Source: Marsupella aquatica
Lineage: Eukaryota > Plantae > Marchantiophyta
DNA: 64,000 nt
Direction: 5' to 3'
Assembly: GCA_973895155.1 (NCBI GenBank)
Contig: OZ316895.1
Span: forward strand, 5,273,181-5,337,180
This document shows positions 9,831 through 20,222 of the stretch, piece by piece. Made by a program: the position numbers and the translations under genes. The notes beneath the pieces were generated by a model that saw only the letters and a program-made list of their open reading frames with translations, searched no databases and was not told the DNA's origin. The stretch's first letter is position 1. Every line of letters begins with the position of its first letter.

Positions 9831-12800
9831 ATGCCGAGAGGGAGAAGGGGAGGTAGAGGAAGTCCCCAACACACACGTACCCCAAGATCAGAGCTAGAAG
9901 GGGGGCCCTCTTGGATTGGGACCAGACGACGAGTTGCTGCCGAAGAACGCTTACGGCTTGCAGAAGAGAGGAGGTTGCCACTGGTGCTGGAAGAACAAGT
10001 TGGTGTGCAACAGGAAGAGGCTCAACGTAATGAGGCCATATGCCCAGACGAAGAGCCAGACATAGATCACGAGCGAGAAGAAGGAGAGCCCTTTGTGTTG
10101 GTGCAGTCTGAGTTACAAAATCTGATCCCAGAGCTCACTGCATTGCCACAAATCATCTCACACCTATCATCGGTGCTGTTACCGGTGGCCCAACAAGCGC
10201 CATTACCACCTGTGTTGATACAGGCACCGGCTGCACCGATGGCAGCTGCACAACGTACCCGTGTTCAGTACGTACCCTTCAAGGGGAGACCAAAGGATGA
10301 TCCAGACGAATGGATTGAGGAGTTTGAAGGGATTGCCGAAGCTAATGGGGAGTCTGCACATAAGCTCACTATCATTCCTGGAATGATGAGAGGGGAGGCA
10401 GGTCCATGGTTCATTTCGTTGTTGGCCAACGTGAAAGCTGATTGGGCTCTGTTCAAGCAAGCCTTCTTGAAGGAGTTCAGATCCATAGGAGTGGAGGCCA
10501 CCTCACTATTAAAGGTGGGCCAACTCAGGATGAAGAAGAAGGAGTCATTACGGAGGTTTTTGCAAAGGTTCCAAAAGCTGGTACGTCGGATCCAAGCCCG
10601 TACCGATGATGCTATGCGTCAAGCCTGGTTTGTGGCTGCCCTACCAAGCAAGATGGGGTTCTTTGTACGTCAAGCCAAGCCAACCACATTGGCTGAAGCT
10701 ATTGCAGCAGCGGAGTCATACACCGCAGCTGATGCCACAAGCAAGCGTTGCCGAAGAAAGAAGCTGAAGCCGGTTGACAGTTCCTCCAGTGAGGAGTCGA
10801 GTGGATCTGATTCAGATAGTAGTGATGAATCTGAGGATTCTGAGAGTACTACAGAGTCAGACACTACGGAGTCAGAAGCTGAAAGACGAAGGAGGAAGAA
10901 GAAGAAGTTGTCAAAGAAAGTCAAGAAGTCCTCTCACCGTGAAGTGATACTACCCACGGTGGCCGTTACACCATTGTCTACGGCAAGACGCCTGAAGGAG
11001 CAAGAGGCCAGATATGATGAGCTGACGGAGCAAATGAAAGCGTTGAAAGTACATTTTGCCGGACTCAAACCTGAGAGGAGAAAAGTTCCGGTGGAGAGAG
11101 CCAATGTGTGGTGCACCAAGTGCATGAAGTTTGGTCATGCCCCGAAGGAGTGCCCAGCGGGAGAACCAGCCAAGGTTTTCCAAGTACGGGAGGAGGATGT
11201 TGAGGGGGCAAGCTACTCAAATCCTTCATATGCAGCGGAAGGGCCAATAGAGTACTTCATGGAGGAGCCACCAGAGGCCAACGTGTATAGTGTACAACCT
11301 CTCAACCCGGGACCACGGAGCATTCATGGAGTTTCAACAAACGCCGGAGCACCCGCATACTCCAACTATCCCAACGCTAACCCAGGGAATCGACCACCGT
11401 ACCCTGGAGTGAGGAAGATCCCTATTTGTTACAATTGTAGAGTGGCGGGCCACTACGCTAATGTGTGCCCAGAGCCCACCCGTCAAGGCAATGGAGATTT
11501 TGCCCGGCTGTGTCAACTATGCAAGGGGGAGGGTCATCTTGCACCACACTGCCCAACCTTGGAGGCGTTCAAGGCTCAACCGATTGGGGCACAAGAGAAG
11601 AAGGGGCCGCCACCTCCTCTGAAAGAAGCTAGCGTCAACTTTCTCACCACGGAAGCAGTCGACACCCCTCTAATCACTAGAAGAGAAGAAACCGTAGTGA
11701 ACATTCCCAAGCAAAGGATGACCACCATAACGGAGGAGGTGGTACCGCTAGTCGTTGTAGTATCTCCAGTTGTTGAGATACCGGTGGTTGTTGTTGCAAC
11801 ATCTACGGAAGTTGAAGTTGCTAACCCCTCACCCCCAAGTCATGAGTGGACTCATGCTGAGAATCTACCGGAGGAAGACAGCGACGAGGAGAGAAGGCAT
11901 TACTCTTGTTACCGAGTCTCCACTCGATCCGGCAAAAAGAAGGGCAAGTCCGAGCTCAAGCAGAAGTACAAGGAGGTGCATCAAGCTTCCACATCGGGTA
12001 CCTCACACGAACCGGAGGTGCCACCCATGGAGGATAGTGACTTTGATCGGGACAACCCCAAGTTGTTCTATCCGAAGGTGGGAGAAGAGGTACGTAAGCA
12101 GTTGGAGGAGCTAGAAGCACAAGCCATGCAAGCGGCCATTGACAAAGACATGGAGGAGGCAAAGGCCAGAAAGAAAGCGGAGGAGAGGGTTGTTCGTTGG
12201 AAACCGGGAGAAGAGGTCATCCCACCCATACCTCCTGCAACCGCGTACAACATTGCTCAAGACATTCTGGATTGCCCAGTCAGTGCCACAATTGGTCAAC
12301 TATTACGGGATAGCTCCCTATACCGTCGCCAAGTCAAGGAGATTCTCATGAGGAGGAGACGTAGAAGAAGGTTACCCAAAGTTGGGGCTGACCCCATACA
12401 AGTCAACTGGGTCACGGAGGATTTGGGTGCCCCAGAACTCACGGTGGACATCAATGGATGTGCAATACGGTTTGTACCGGTGGACGGGGGCTCGGGAGTC
12501 AACATCATGACTGAGGAGATGGCAAACCGGTTGGGGTATACAGAGTTAGAACCACCGGCACGTGCCATGAGGTTGGCTGATGGTGCACGGGTGGTGCCGT
12601 TGGGGTGTCTCACCAAGATTCCAACAATGATTGGGGGAAAATCTTTCCCCCTCAACTATTTGGTGATGCGACCCGTTCGGCCGTACGGTTTTCCCATTTT
12701 AATTGGCAGGCCATGGTTGTATGTGGCCAAGGTCACAAGTGATTGGGGCAAACGGCAGTTTCGGTTTGGTATCCCCACTATCACTATTCCATGGTCAGCG

Positions 12801-15800
12801 GAGTCACCTCACGGGGAGACTACGACTATGGAGGAGGAATATGATTCAGAGGTCACCTCAGATGAAGACGAGGATGAAGTATACATGGTGAAACTGATTT
12901 CTCACCTCACGGAGGAAGATGTTTTTGGCCCCGGAGTTGCTACTCAAGAGCATGCAGTAGAGGAATCAGTTAGCCAAGTGCACGCTGTTCTAGAAGAGAT
13001 GGAAGACGAGCGAAGCAAAATTGTGGAGGCTGAACCTCTAGAGATTCATGATAGGGAGGCAGAGGATCACCCCGAGGAGGTGGAAATGCAAGCCCACACG
13101 ATCATGTTTGATGATGAGCAAAGAGAGCAGTTTTTGAATGACATCCTGGATGATGACTTTAGAGAGGAGCTATTGTCACATTACAAAGAATCTGACGTTG
13201 AAGAAATAATGGCCCATGTGACAAAGGATCCACCTCCATCCCGACCAGACCAGGAGGAGAGTGATGCACCGGTGTATGGAGGGATGAGGCTCGCACGGTT
13301 GGAAGAAACCTTTGATGAGGAGACACGCAACAAGTTGGACGTGATCAGGCCGGAGCAGTACACAAAGGTGGAAGTGGGTGAGGGCAAGACACTCAACATT
13401 GGTAGTAAGTTGGATGCTACGGAGCAACGCACGATTCAGGAATTGTTGAAAGAGTACCAAGACGTATTTGCGTGGAGCCACCAAGATTTGAAAGGAGTGC
13501 CACCTGAGTTTGGTGAGCACAGCATTGACCTGATGTCAGGAGCACGACCTGTGAGGCAACGCCAATACCGCCTCAACCCCAAATACTCACTCATGGTGAA
13601 GGAGGAGATTGACCGTTTGTTGGATGCAGGATTCATTTATCCGGTCATGCATAGTGAGTGGGTGTCACCCATCGTAATCGTGCCCAAGAAAAAGGGGCCA
13701 GACGGGAAGGTGAAAATACGGGTGTGCCAAGATTTTCGAAAGTTGAATGATGCGACCAAGAAGGATCACTACCCGCTACCGTTCACGGATATCGTGTTGG
13801 ACATGGTAGCAGGTTGGGAGATATACAGCTTCTTGGATGGCTACTCTGGGTACAACCAAATCTGGATACGGGAGGAGGACCAACTCAAGACGGCTTTCAC
13901 AACAGAGTGGGGGATTTTTGCATTCCGGAGAATGCCTTTTGGGTTGTGCAATGCCCCTGGCATGTTCCAACGGCTCATGATGAATATATTTCATGACTTT
14001 TTACGCAGGTTCTTGGAGATCTTTATTGATGACTTTGCTGTCTACGGCAAACGAGTCAAGCATCCGGAACACTTACGGTTGACTTTTCAGCGGTGCCGGG
14101 AGACTTGCCTGAAGCTGCATCCGGAGAAATGTTTCTTTGGAATTGAGGAGGGAATCCTATTGGGCCACAAAGTGTCTGCACGAGGGATTGAAGTTGATCG
14201 TGAGAAGGTCGCCGTGTGGGTAGCAGTCTCATTTCCCAAGAATGTGAAGGAAGTGAGAGGGTTCTTGGGGTGTGTTGGCTACTACCGACGCTTCATCAAA
14301 GACTTTGCCAAGGTAGCCATGCCACTCACTTCCATGTTGAAAAAAGGAAGTGAGTTTGAACCTACTCCTTCCCGTCAGGCTGCTTTTGATGAATTGAAGA
14401 AACGATTGCTAGAGGCCCCCGTGCTCATTACGCCCAATTGGAATAAGGAATTCCATGTTTACGTAGACGTATCAGGATTTTGCATCGGTGCCGTTTTGAG
14501 TCAGTTAGATGATGATGGAAGAGACCATCCCATCTACTTTGCCAGTAGGCAGTTGGCCCCGGCAGAGAAAAACTACTCACCCACCGATAGGGAGGCACTT
14601 GGTATCATCTACGCTTGTAAGAAGTATCGTCATTATTTGTTGGGGTACAAGGTTGTGTTCCACACGGATCACAACAGCTTGAAATACATGGTCAACAAGC
14701 CAGATCTGTCCGGGAGAATTGCACGTTGGGTTTTGTTGCTACAAGAGTTCAACTATGAGGTGAGAGTAAGATCGGGGAAGAGTCATAGCAATGCAGACTT
14801 CTTCTCCCGTATTGAGGGAGCATCTGACTCCCAGGAGATTGATGATCGGTTCCCGGATGAGGAAGTGTTCAGCGTGAATACAGAGGCCACTACTTGGTAT
14901 GGAGAAATTTTGGAATTTCTCCGCACGGCTAGAGTTCCCTCACGTTTGGGCCCGGAGAGAGCAGCAGTGTTTTTGCGTAAGACAGGTCCCTACTTGCTTG
15001 TGAAGGGAGTACTTCACAAGTACGGCATGGATGGCCGACTTCGTCGTTGTTTGGAGGAAGCGGAGATACGTACAGTCATGGCAGCATTACATGAGGAGGA
15101 AGCTGGTGGCCACTTTGCACGGGAGACCACCGCAAGGAAAATACTAGATGCTGGATATTGGTGGCCAACTCTCTTTCGGGATGTACACCGGTACATCCAG
15201 CGATGTGATCCGTGCCAGCGTCAAGGCAAACCAGGGCCCTCCTCACGACACCCATTGGTGCCCATACTTCCTCTTGCACCCTTTGAGAAGTGGGGGGTGG
15301 ACTTCATTGGCCCTTTCACTCCCATCACACGAAGAGGGAGGAAGCGCTACATCATTCTTGCAACGGACTATGCCACCAAGTGGGTGGAGGCCCGAGCTAC
15401 TGCCAAGGATGATGCCAACACCACGGCACGTTTTTTGTATGAGCAGATTTTTACACGATTTGGTCCACCATTGGAGTTGGTAAGTGACAGGGGTACTCAC
15501 TTCCTCAATCATACGATTGAACGTTTGACGGAGAACTACTTGATCTCACATAGGAAGACCACTCCGTACCACCCTCGAGCCAACGGGCTCACTGAGAGAG
15601 CCAACGGGATCATGGGCAAGATCCTCAACAAAACGGTATCCGCTCACAAGACCGATTGGGATTTGAAGTTGTTGGCTGCCACTTACGCTTACAACCTGGC
15701 TCACAAGACTACCACGGGCCACAGCCCCTATTTCCTTGTGTTTGGACAACACTCTCTTGTGCCGGTGGAATTTGAGGTTCCAACCATTCGAATCCTAACA

Positions 15801-16229
15801 CGGGAAAGGGAAGGGGCAGAAGAAAGTGTCGCTTCACGGATCCAACAGTTGGAGCAACTCACGGAGACACGAGAAGAGGCTTTGACACATACGGAGCAGG
15901 AGCAAGGCAAACGCAAGTCACATTACGATTCCCGTCTCCGTCGTGTGTCCATTGAGGAGGGAGATTTGGTGCTCCTCTACGATAGCCGCTTCATGCATTT
16001 CCCCGGGAAGTTGCATACACGGTGGATGGGACCCTACGTAGTGGATGCCGTCTACTCCAACGGCTCGGTTCAACTCAAGACATTGGAGGGGCAACTACTC
16101 AACACACGGATCAATCAAGAGCGCCTAAAGAAGTACTACACGGAGGAAGAGTATGGTGCTCGCGGGGGCGCTTCGCAATTAAGAGAGGAGCTATGTGACG
16201 GGTACCCCGTCACGGGAAGTCACACATAA
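9831..16229 (+). CDS. gag-pol: Gag-Pol polyprotein (2132 aa)
   Basis: Gag core; three CCHC knuckles (CTKCMKFGHAPKEC, CYNCRVAGHYANVC, CQLCKGEGHLAPHC); protease VDGGSGVNIM; RT with MPFGL and FIDDF; RNase H VYVDVSG; integrase HHCC, DFIGP/SDRG/ERAN and GPY. Confidence 0.97.
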   Translation: MPRGRRGGRGSPQHTRTPRSELEGGPSWIGTRRRVAAEERLRLAEERRLPLVLEEQVGVQQEEAQRNEAICPDEEPDIDHEREEGEPFVLVQSELQNLIPELTALPQIISHLSSVLLPVAQQAPLPPVLIQAPAAPMAAAQRTRVQYVPFKGRPKDDPDEWIEEFEGIAEANGESAHKLTIIPGMMRGEAGPWFISLLANVKADWALFKQAFLKEFRSIGVEATSLLKVGQLRMKKKESLRRFLQRFQKLVRRIQARTDDAMRQAWFVAALPSKMGFFVRQAKPTTLAEAIAAAESYTAADATSKRCRRKKLKPVDSSSSEESSGSDSDSSDESEDSESTTESDTTESEAERRRRKKKKLSKKVKKSSHREVILPTVAVTPLSTARRLKEQEARYDELTEQMKALKVHFAGLKPERRKVPVERANVWCTKCMKFGHAPKECPAGEPAKVFQVREEDVEGASYSNPSYAAEGPIEYFMEEPPEANVYSVQPLNPGPRSIHGVSTNAGAPAYSNYPNANPGNRPPYPGVRKIPICYNCRVAGHYANVCPEPTRQGNGDFARLCQLCKGEGHLAPHCPTLEAFKAQPIGAQEKKGPPPPLKEASVNFLTTEAVDTPLITRREETVVNIPKQRMTTITEEVVPLVVVVSPVVEIPVVVVATSTEVEVANPSPPSHEWTHAENLPEEDSDEERRHYSCYRVSTRSGKKKGKSELKQKYKEVHQASTSGTSHEPEVPPMEDSDFDRDNPKLFYPKVGEEVRKQLEELEAQAMQAAIDKDMEEAKARKKAEERVVRWKPGEEVIPPIPPATAYNIAQDILDCPVSATIGQLLRDSSLYRRQVKEILMRRRRRRRLPKVGADPIQVNWVTEDLGAPELTVDINGCAIRFVPVDGGSGVNIMTEEMANRLGYTELEPPARAMRLADGARVVPLGCLTKIPTMIGGKSFPLNYLVMRPVRPYGFPILIGRPWLYVAKVTSDWGKRQFRFGIPTITIPWSAESPHGETTTMEEEYDSEVTSDEDEDEVYMVKLISHLTEEDVFGPGVATQEHAVEESVSQVHAVLEEMEDERSKIVEAEPLEIHDREAEDHPEEVEMQAHTIMFDDEQREQFLNDILDDDFREELLSHYKESDVEEIMAHVTKDPPPSRPDQEESDAPVYGGMRLARLEETFDEETRNKLDVIRPEQYTKVEVGEGKTLNIGSKLDATEQRTIQELLKEYQDVFAWSHQDLKGVPPEFGEHSIDLMSGARPVRQRQYRLNPKYSLMVKEEIDRLLDAGFIYPVMHSEWVSPIVIVPKKKGPDGKVKIRVCQDFRKLNDATKKDHYPLPFTDIVLDMVAGWEIYSFLDGYSGYNQIWIREEDQLKTAFTTEWGIFAFRRMPFGLCNAPGMFQRLMMNIFHDFLRRFLEIFIDDFAVYGKRVKHPEHLRLTFQRCRETCLKLHPEKCFFGIEEGILLGHKVSARGIEVDREKVAVWVAVSFPKNVKEVRGFLGCVGYYRRFIKDFAKVAMPLTSMLKKGSEFEPTPSRQAAFDELKKRLLEAPVLITPNWNKEFHVYVDVSGFCIGAVLSQLDDDGRDHPIYFASRQLAPAEKNYSPTDREALGIIYACKKYRHYLLGYKVVFHTDHNSLKYMVNKPDLSGRIARWVLLLQEFNYEVRVRSGKSHSNADFFSRIEGASDSQEIDDRFPDEEVFSVNTEATTWYGEILEFLRTARVPSRLGPERAAVFLRKTGPYLLVKGVLHKYGMDGRLRRCLEEAEIRTVMAALHEEEAGGHFARETTARKILDAGYWWPTLFRDVHRYIQRCDPCQRQGKPGPSSRHPLVPILPLAPFEKWGVDFIGPFTPITRRGRKRYIILATDYATKWVEARATAKDDANTTARFLYEQIFTRFGPPLELVSDRGTHFLNHTIERLTENYLISHRKTTPYHPRANGLTERANGIMGKILNKTVSAHKTDWDLKLLAATYAYNLAHKTTTGHSPYFLVFGQHSLVPVEFEVPTIRILTREREGAEESVASRIQQLEQLTETREEALTHTEQEQGKRKSHYDSRLRRVSIEEGDLVLLYDSRFMHFPGKLHTRWMGPYVVDAVYSNGSVQLKTLEGQLLNTRINQERLKKYYTEEEYGARGGASQLREELCDGYPVTGSHT
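16181..16190 (+). other. Candidate polypurine tract
   Basis: AAGAGAGGAG followed 3 nt later by TGTGAC (16194), a near inverted match to the ...GTGACA repeat end. Confidence 0.5.
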
Positions 16230-16671
16230 CTGGTTGCAAAGGCCGATACCTTGTTAATAGTCAATGTAAATAAGCCATTTTTTAATTTTTAGTTAATTCC
16301 GTCATTATAGGTTGATGATGCCCCAGGTGACTTTATATTCTTTCTCTCATAATAGTTCTAAGATTTGCGGCGACCTAAGTGGGCAAATATTTTGGGACCT
16401 TGAAACTAGCCCGGACCAGCCCCATAGGACTTACCGTTTTGCTTCAAGAGCTATTGTTGAGACCCCCATTGCAAAGTCAGGAGAGGGGGGGGTTTTTTTT
16501 TAAATAAATCCCTCCTCAGGAGGGCGAGTCCCATTAGTGGCCGTCCGAGAGAAAGAGGGGCTGCCTCGCGAGCCCATAGGGCTGCGTGCCCGGGCGATTA
16601 ATGGGGCTCCGCGAGCTGAAGGGGCTGCCTCGCGAGCCCATAGGGCTGCGTGCCCGGGCAATTAATGAGGT

Positions 16672-16821
16672 CCCGCGAGCTGGGAGGATCACGCGAGCGG
16701 GGGGGAGTTAAAGGGCCTCCCGCGAGCTGGGAGGATCACGCGAGCGGGGGGGAGTTAAAGGGCCTCCCGCGAGCTGGGAGGATCACGCGAGCGGGGGGGA
16801 GTTGAAGGGCCTCCCACGAGC
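16672..16821. repeat. 47-bp tandem repeat, 3 units, in the right direct repeat
   Basis: Same unit as 5979-6175 with one copy fewer, which explains the 47-bp offset change. Confidence 0.95.
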
Positions 16822-17253
16822 CGGGAGGAATGGCCGCGCGCCCTGCATAGGGCCGCGCGCAGGAGGACGCAAGGGTAAGGCCCGAGAAATGGGCCGGGGC
16901 GCATGGCGAAGGCGCCAGGAGTTTTTTCGGTTCTATTTTTTTTTTCCTTCCTTTTTCTTTCCCTCTTCCTTTTGCACGACCCTCTCATTGCCGAAAGCAA
17001 AAACGGGGTTCTTCTCTCTCTTGCCGGAAGCTCTCTCCAGATTCTAATTATTTTTGAAGCTCTCTCTTTCATGGTGGATTAGTGGGGCTTGCTGGCGTCA
17101 TTCTTCCAGGCATTAGTGGCGGCCGCACGGAGTAGTGACGGGAAATTGAGAGAATTTAAGTGATCGGGCTACGGGGGCTGTTTCGGGCCAGGGAATTGAC
17201 ATTGCCACGGGTGACGGGATTGGTGATTGAGAAATTGATTTCGGGATGCATGG

Positions 17254-19110
17254 ATGCTAGATCAACCAGAGTTTAGTGCGTCACGCATTCGGAGATACAA
17301 GGCTGCTTACCGTGACTACGTGGAGACTCGGATTACACGGGAAAGGGAAGAGAGAGAAGTTATGATGAGCACGGGATTGGCAGCGGGTTCCTCACCGGTG
17401 GGTAGGAAGATTTTTCGTCGAATTTATCCCAAGACCTCCACCAAGGTGATGGAGGATTGTCGGAACATTTTCCAAGCCACCGGGCTTACAGAATTCATGA
17501 AGGTGGAGATTACCATCCCTTCAGGGAAGAGCTGGGACATTGAGGCCGGGATGGAGTTCCGAACGGAGGGAATCTACTTTGAATGTCTCAAACGTGTAGT
17601 GCCCCATGTGGAGTTGGCTAAGCTATTGTTTCTTGAGAATCAGAAATTCTCATTCACACCTCGGAATATCAGGGGAGAACTCACGTTGAAAATGGTGGCC
17701 ACTTGGGTGACCAATCCTACCTCCACCACCGCCATCCCTCTTTCTGCTGTCAAGGATGTTGAGTATAAGGGCTTCCTGGCCAAGGTGCATCAACGGGTTC
17801 TTGGCAACATGCAATCCGGAGTGCTGAATGAGGAGCATTTCGTGGTAGCTATGGACATCAAGAACTACCCAGCCCATGTGTACGGATGGTGGTGCTACGG
17901 ATTGAAGAAGCTATTGGCCGCTGAGCCCGGGAGTGTGAAACCAGGTGGGGCTGTACATTTGATGGGGTCATTTGTATTGGCCAGGGCAGAAGGGTTGATT
18001 GGTTCTCCGGGGCATGAAGACACGGGATCATCTCTCACCACGGAGATCCGGAGTATTGCCACTACCGTTTTAGGGAAGCTCACGGAGGAATCATTGTCTG
18101 CTGGTGGGGAGGATAATAGAGAAGAAGAGAACCAGGAGGATGATTGCACATTGGAGTGGCTTGAATCACTCGTGGGAGATCCGAAACAGCCTCTGGAATA
18201 CAACATTCCGGATGTTTACTTGGCAGAGCTACGGGATTTCAGAGAGGGAGTCCACGAGGGACTCAAGCTAGTCCACGCATTGAGGGAGTCTCTCAAGCAC
18301 GCCACAGTCAAAGTAGAGACGTTAGAGCAGAGCATCCTGTCACTGAAGGAGGTGATCAAGACCAAGGAGCAGACCATTCATGAGAAGGTCAGGCACATCA
18401 ATGCAGCTCACGTAGAGATCACCAACTTGAAGGGAGCTTTGTCCACCAAGGCCAAGGAAGCAGAAGAAGTAGGAGCGTTGAGGCAAGCATTGGCCAAAGA
18501 GAAGCAAAATTCTGGAGAAGTGATGGAGTGGAGGAACCAGGTGGGAGCACTACGGAGTCAGGTGGCAGCCTTTGAGACACGAGCGAAGAGAAGTGAGGCC
18601 CTGAGTCTAGGGAAACGGAAGAGTCCCGGCACACCTGGCTCCACACTTTCCCCGGATGTGATCTCCCAAGCTATCGAGATGGTGGTGAAGGAGGTTAGTG
18701 GGAAGTATGGACCCTTGTTGGATGGAGCCAAGAAGAGTCAGGAGAAGAGTAAGAGCTTGGAGAAGAAGCTCCGGGAGGTACGGAAATCGTTACGGGAGGC
18801 TCAGGTCAGTACGGGGATGCCACCCAGGTCTGTCACCCCCGGGACTCCCATGGCCACGGGGCAAGTTCTACCGTTGGAGTTGCGGTCCGGAGAAGAGGCT
18901 ACCCTCTGGAAGGACACAATTGGTGAGGGGTACATCAAGGCGTGGCAGGCCTTGGCTGCTTTGAGGAAGCGCGGGAGCAGCAGCACTAAGAGTACTCCGT
19001 CGAAGAAGAAGAAAAGTACGGTGGCACTCACTCCCGTGAGTGATGAGGAGGAGGACCACTCACGGGGCACAAGTCCGGGCACCAAGAGCGAAGAAGAAGA
19101 GGAGGATTAG
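17254..19110 (+). CDS. 618-aa retroelement accessory protein, copy 2
   Basis: Same protein as 6608-8464 except E to K near the C-terminus (G8438 vs A19084). Confidence 0.85.
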   Translation: MLDQPEFSASRIRRYKAAYRDYVETRITREREEREVMMSTGLAAGSSPVGRKIFRRIYPKTSTKVMEDCRNIFQATGLTEFMKVEITIPSGKSWDIEAGMEFRTEGIYFECLKRVVPHVELAKLLFLENQKFSFTPRNIRGELTLKMVATWVTNPTSTTAIPLSAVKDVEYKGFLAKVHQRVLGNMQSGVLNEEHFVVAMDIKNYPAHVYGWWCYGLKKLLAAEPGSVKPGGAVHLMGSFVLARAEGLIGSPGHEDTGSSLTTEIRSIATTVLGKLTEESLSAGGEDNREEENQEDDCTLEWLESLVGDPKQPLEYNIPDVYLAELRDFREGVHEGLKLVHALRESLKHATVKVETLEQSILSLKEVIKTKEQTIHEKVRHINAAHVEITNLKGALSTKAKEAEEVGALRQALAKEKQNSGEVMEWRNQVGALRSQVAAFETRAKRSEALSLGKRKSPGTPGSTLSPDVISQAIEMVVKEVSGKYGPLLDGAKKSQEKSKSLEKKLREVRKSLREAQVSTGMPPRSVTPGTPMATGQVLPLELRSGEEATLWKDTIGEGYIKAWQALAALRKRGSSSTKSTPSKKKKSTVALTPVSDEEEDHSRGTSPGTKSEEEEED

Positions 19111-20222
19111 ATAGGCGTACGGACGTGGGTGTACGGCCTCCAGATTTCCAACATTTTAGTGGGGGGTCACTCATGGGCTTGTTGGGATGAGCTCGCGGAG
19201 CTGATTCCAACAAGAGGCGGCGCTCCTCAAACGGAGCCAGGATGAGCAAGTTATGGCCTGGAGAACTTATGTTTTTGCGGTACGGAAACGGCCATAACTC
19301 AGGCGTCTGAAGTCCGTTGAGGGAGCGACTTAGTGATTCGGAAGCAGGAAAAGAAGAGCTATCCAGGGGTGAGCTCAGGTGTGCACTTGGAAGGGCACCT
19401 AGTTTCGGCCATTTTGGGGTGCCTCTCACTTTCAGGGTTCACGTGTACTGTTGGGGCGCCGTCGAAGGCACCGTCGGCCCCCTTGTTTTGGGTTTAGGGT
19501 TTTAGCAGCATGTGTGTGCCGCATGCTCCTCTTCAGTTTAAGGATTTCTCTTAGTGCAAGGTTTTAGCGGCGCCGCTAGGGTAGCCGCCACCGTTGTGAC
19601 CCTGTGAGGGGTGCTTTGGTGTGATTTTTCAGTATTTAGGGGGATAGCCCCGAAGTAGTTAGGGGGACTCAGTGTGAAGTTAGCAAGGAGGGATAGAGTG
19701 GAGCCTGAGGAGTTTGAAAGCGTGTTCAGAGTAGTGAGGGGGAGCCATACTCATTGTCCGGAGAGGCAGGAGTTGAGTAGACGGCAGGAGGCCGGGTTAC
19801 TCATGCAATGTGTATCGTTTTTCCCAAGAGATATGGATCTGTACATTTGACTTGATGGGCTTTTGTTGTGTGTTCCTTCTCCCTTTTTCGCTTTCCGAAT
19901 TGTGTTCTCCCGTTCTATGATTTGAAGAAACTTGCTTGGTTTGAGTCGGCCTTGTGAGTAGGGGTGGTGACAGCACTCTTTGGGTGACTCCGAGTGAAGG
20001 TGTAGTGGGGTAGTCGGCAGGACTTGATCAAAAGCTGTGGGGTGAGGGTAGTCGGTAGACTTGATCAAAACCTACATTTCCGGGAGCGGAAACCAAAATA
20101 CTCATCCTGGTGTGAAAAGAATCCAAATAGCGTCCCTCCACGACCCCGTAATACGATACCAACGGTTTAAGCGAAGAAAAGTGCGGTTTGCACGTATTAA
20201 CCGTTGGAGAGGCAAGTGACAG

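Larger units (their letters stand above)
5578..20221 (+). mobile_element. Ty3/Gypsy non-chromovirus (Athila/OTA-like) LTR retrotransposon, recent insertion
   Basis: Near-identical ~4-kb direct repeats flank a PBS and an uninterrupted gag-pol in PR-RT-RH-IN order; tRNA-Asp-type PBS; no chromodomain seen after the integrase. Confidence 0.95.
16194..20221 (+). repeat. Right long direct repeat (putative ~4.03-kb 3' LTR, TGT...ACA)
   Basis: Identity to the left copy is seen from 16271. The start at 16194 is inferred from the PPT and TGT. Ends at TGACA (20221), where CACTA transposase sequence resumes. Confidence 0.75.

Noticed and set aside
16265-16270. TGTAAA as the 3' LTR start
   Set aside because: No purine tract precedes it; 16194 has a PPT and a better inverted match to the TGACA end.
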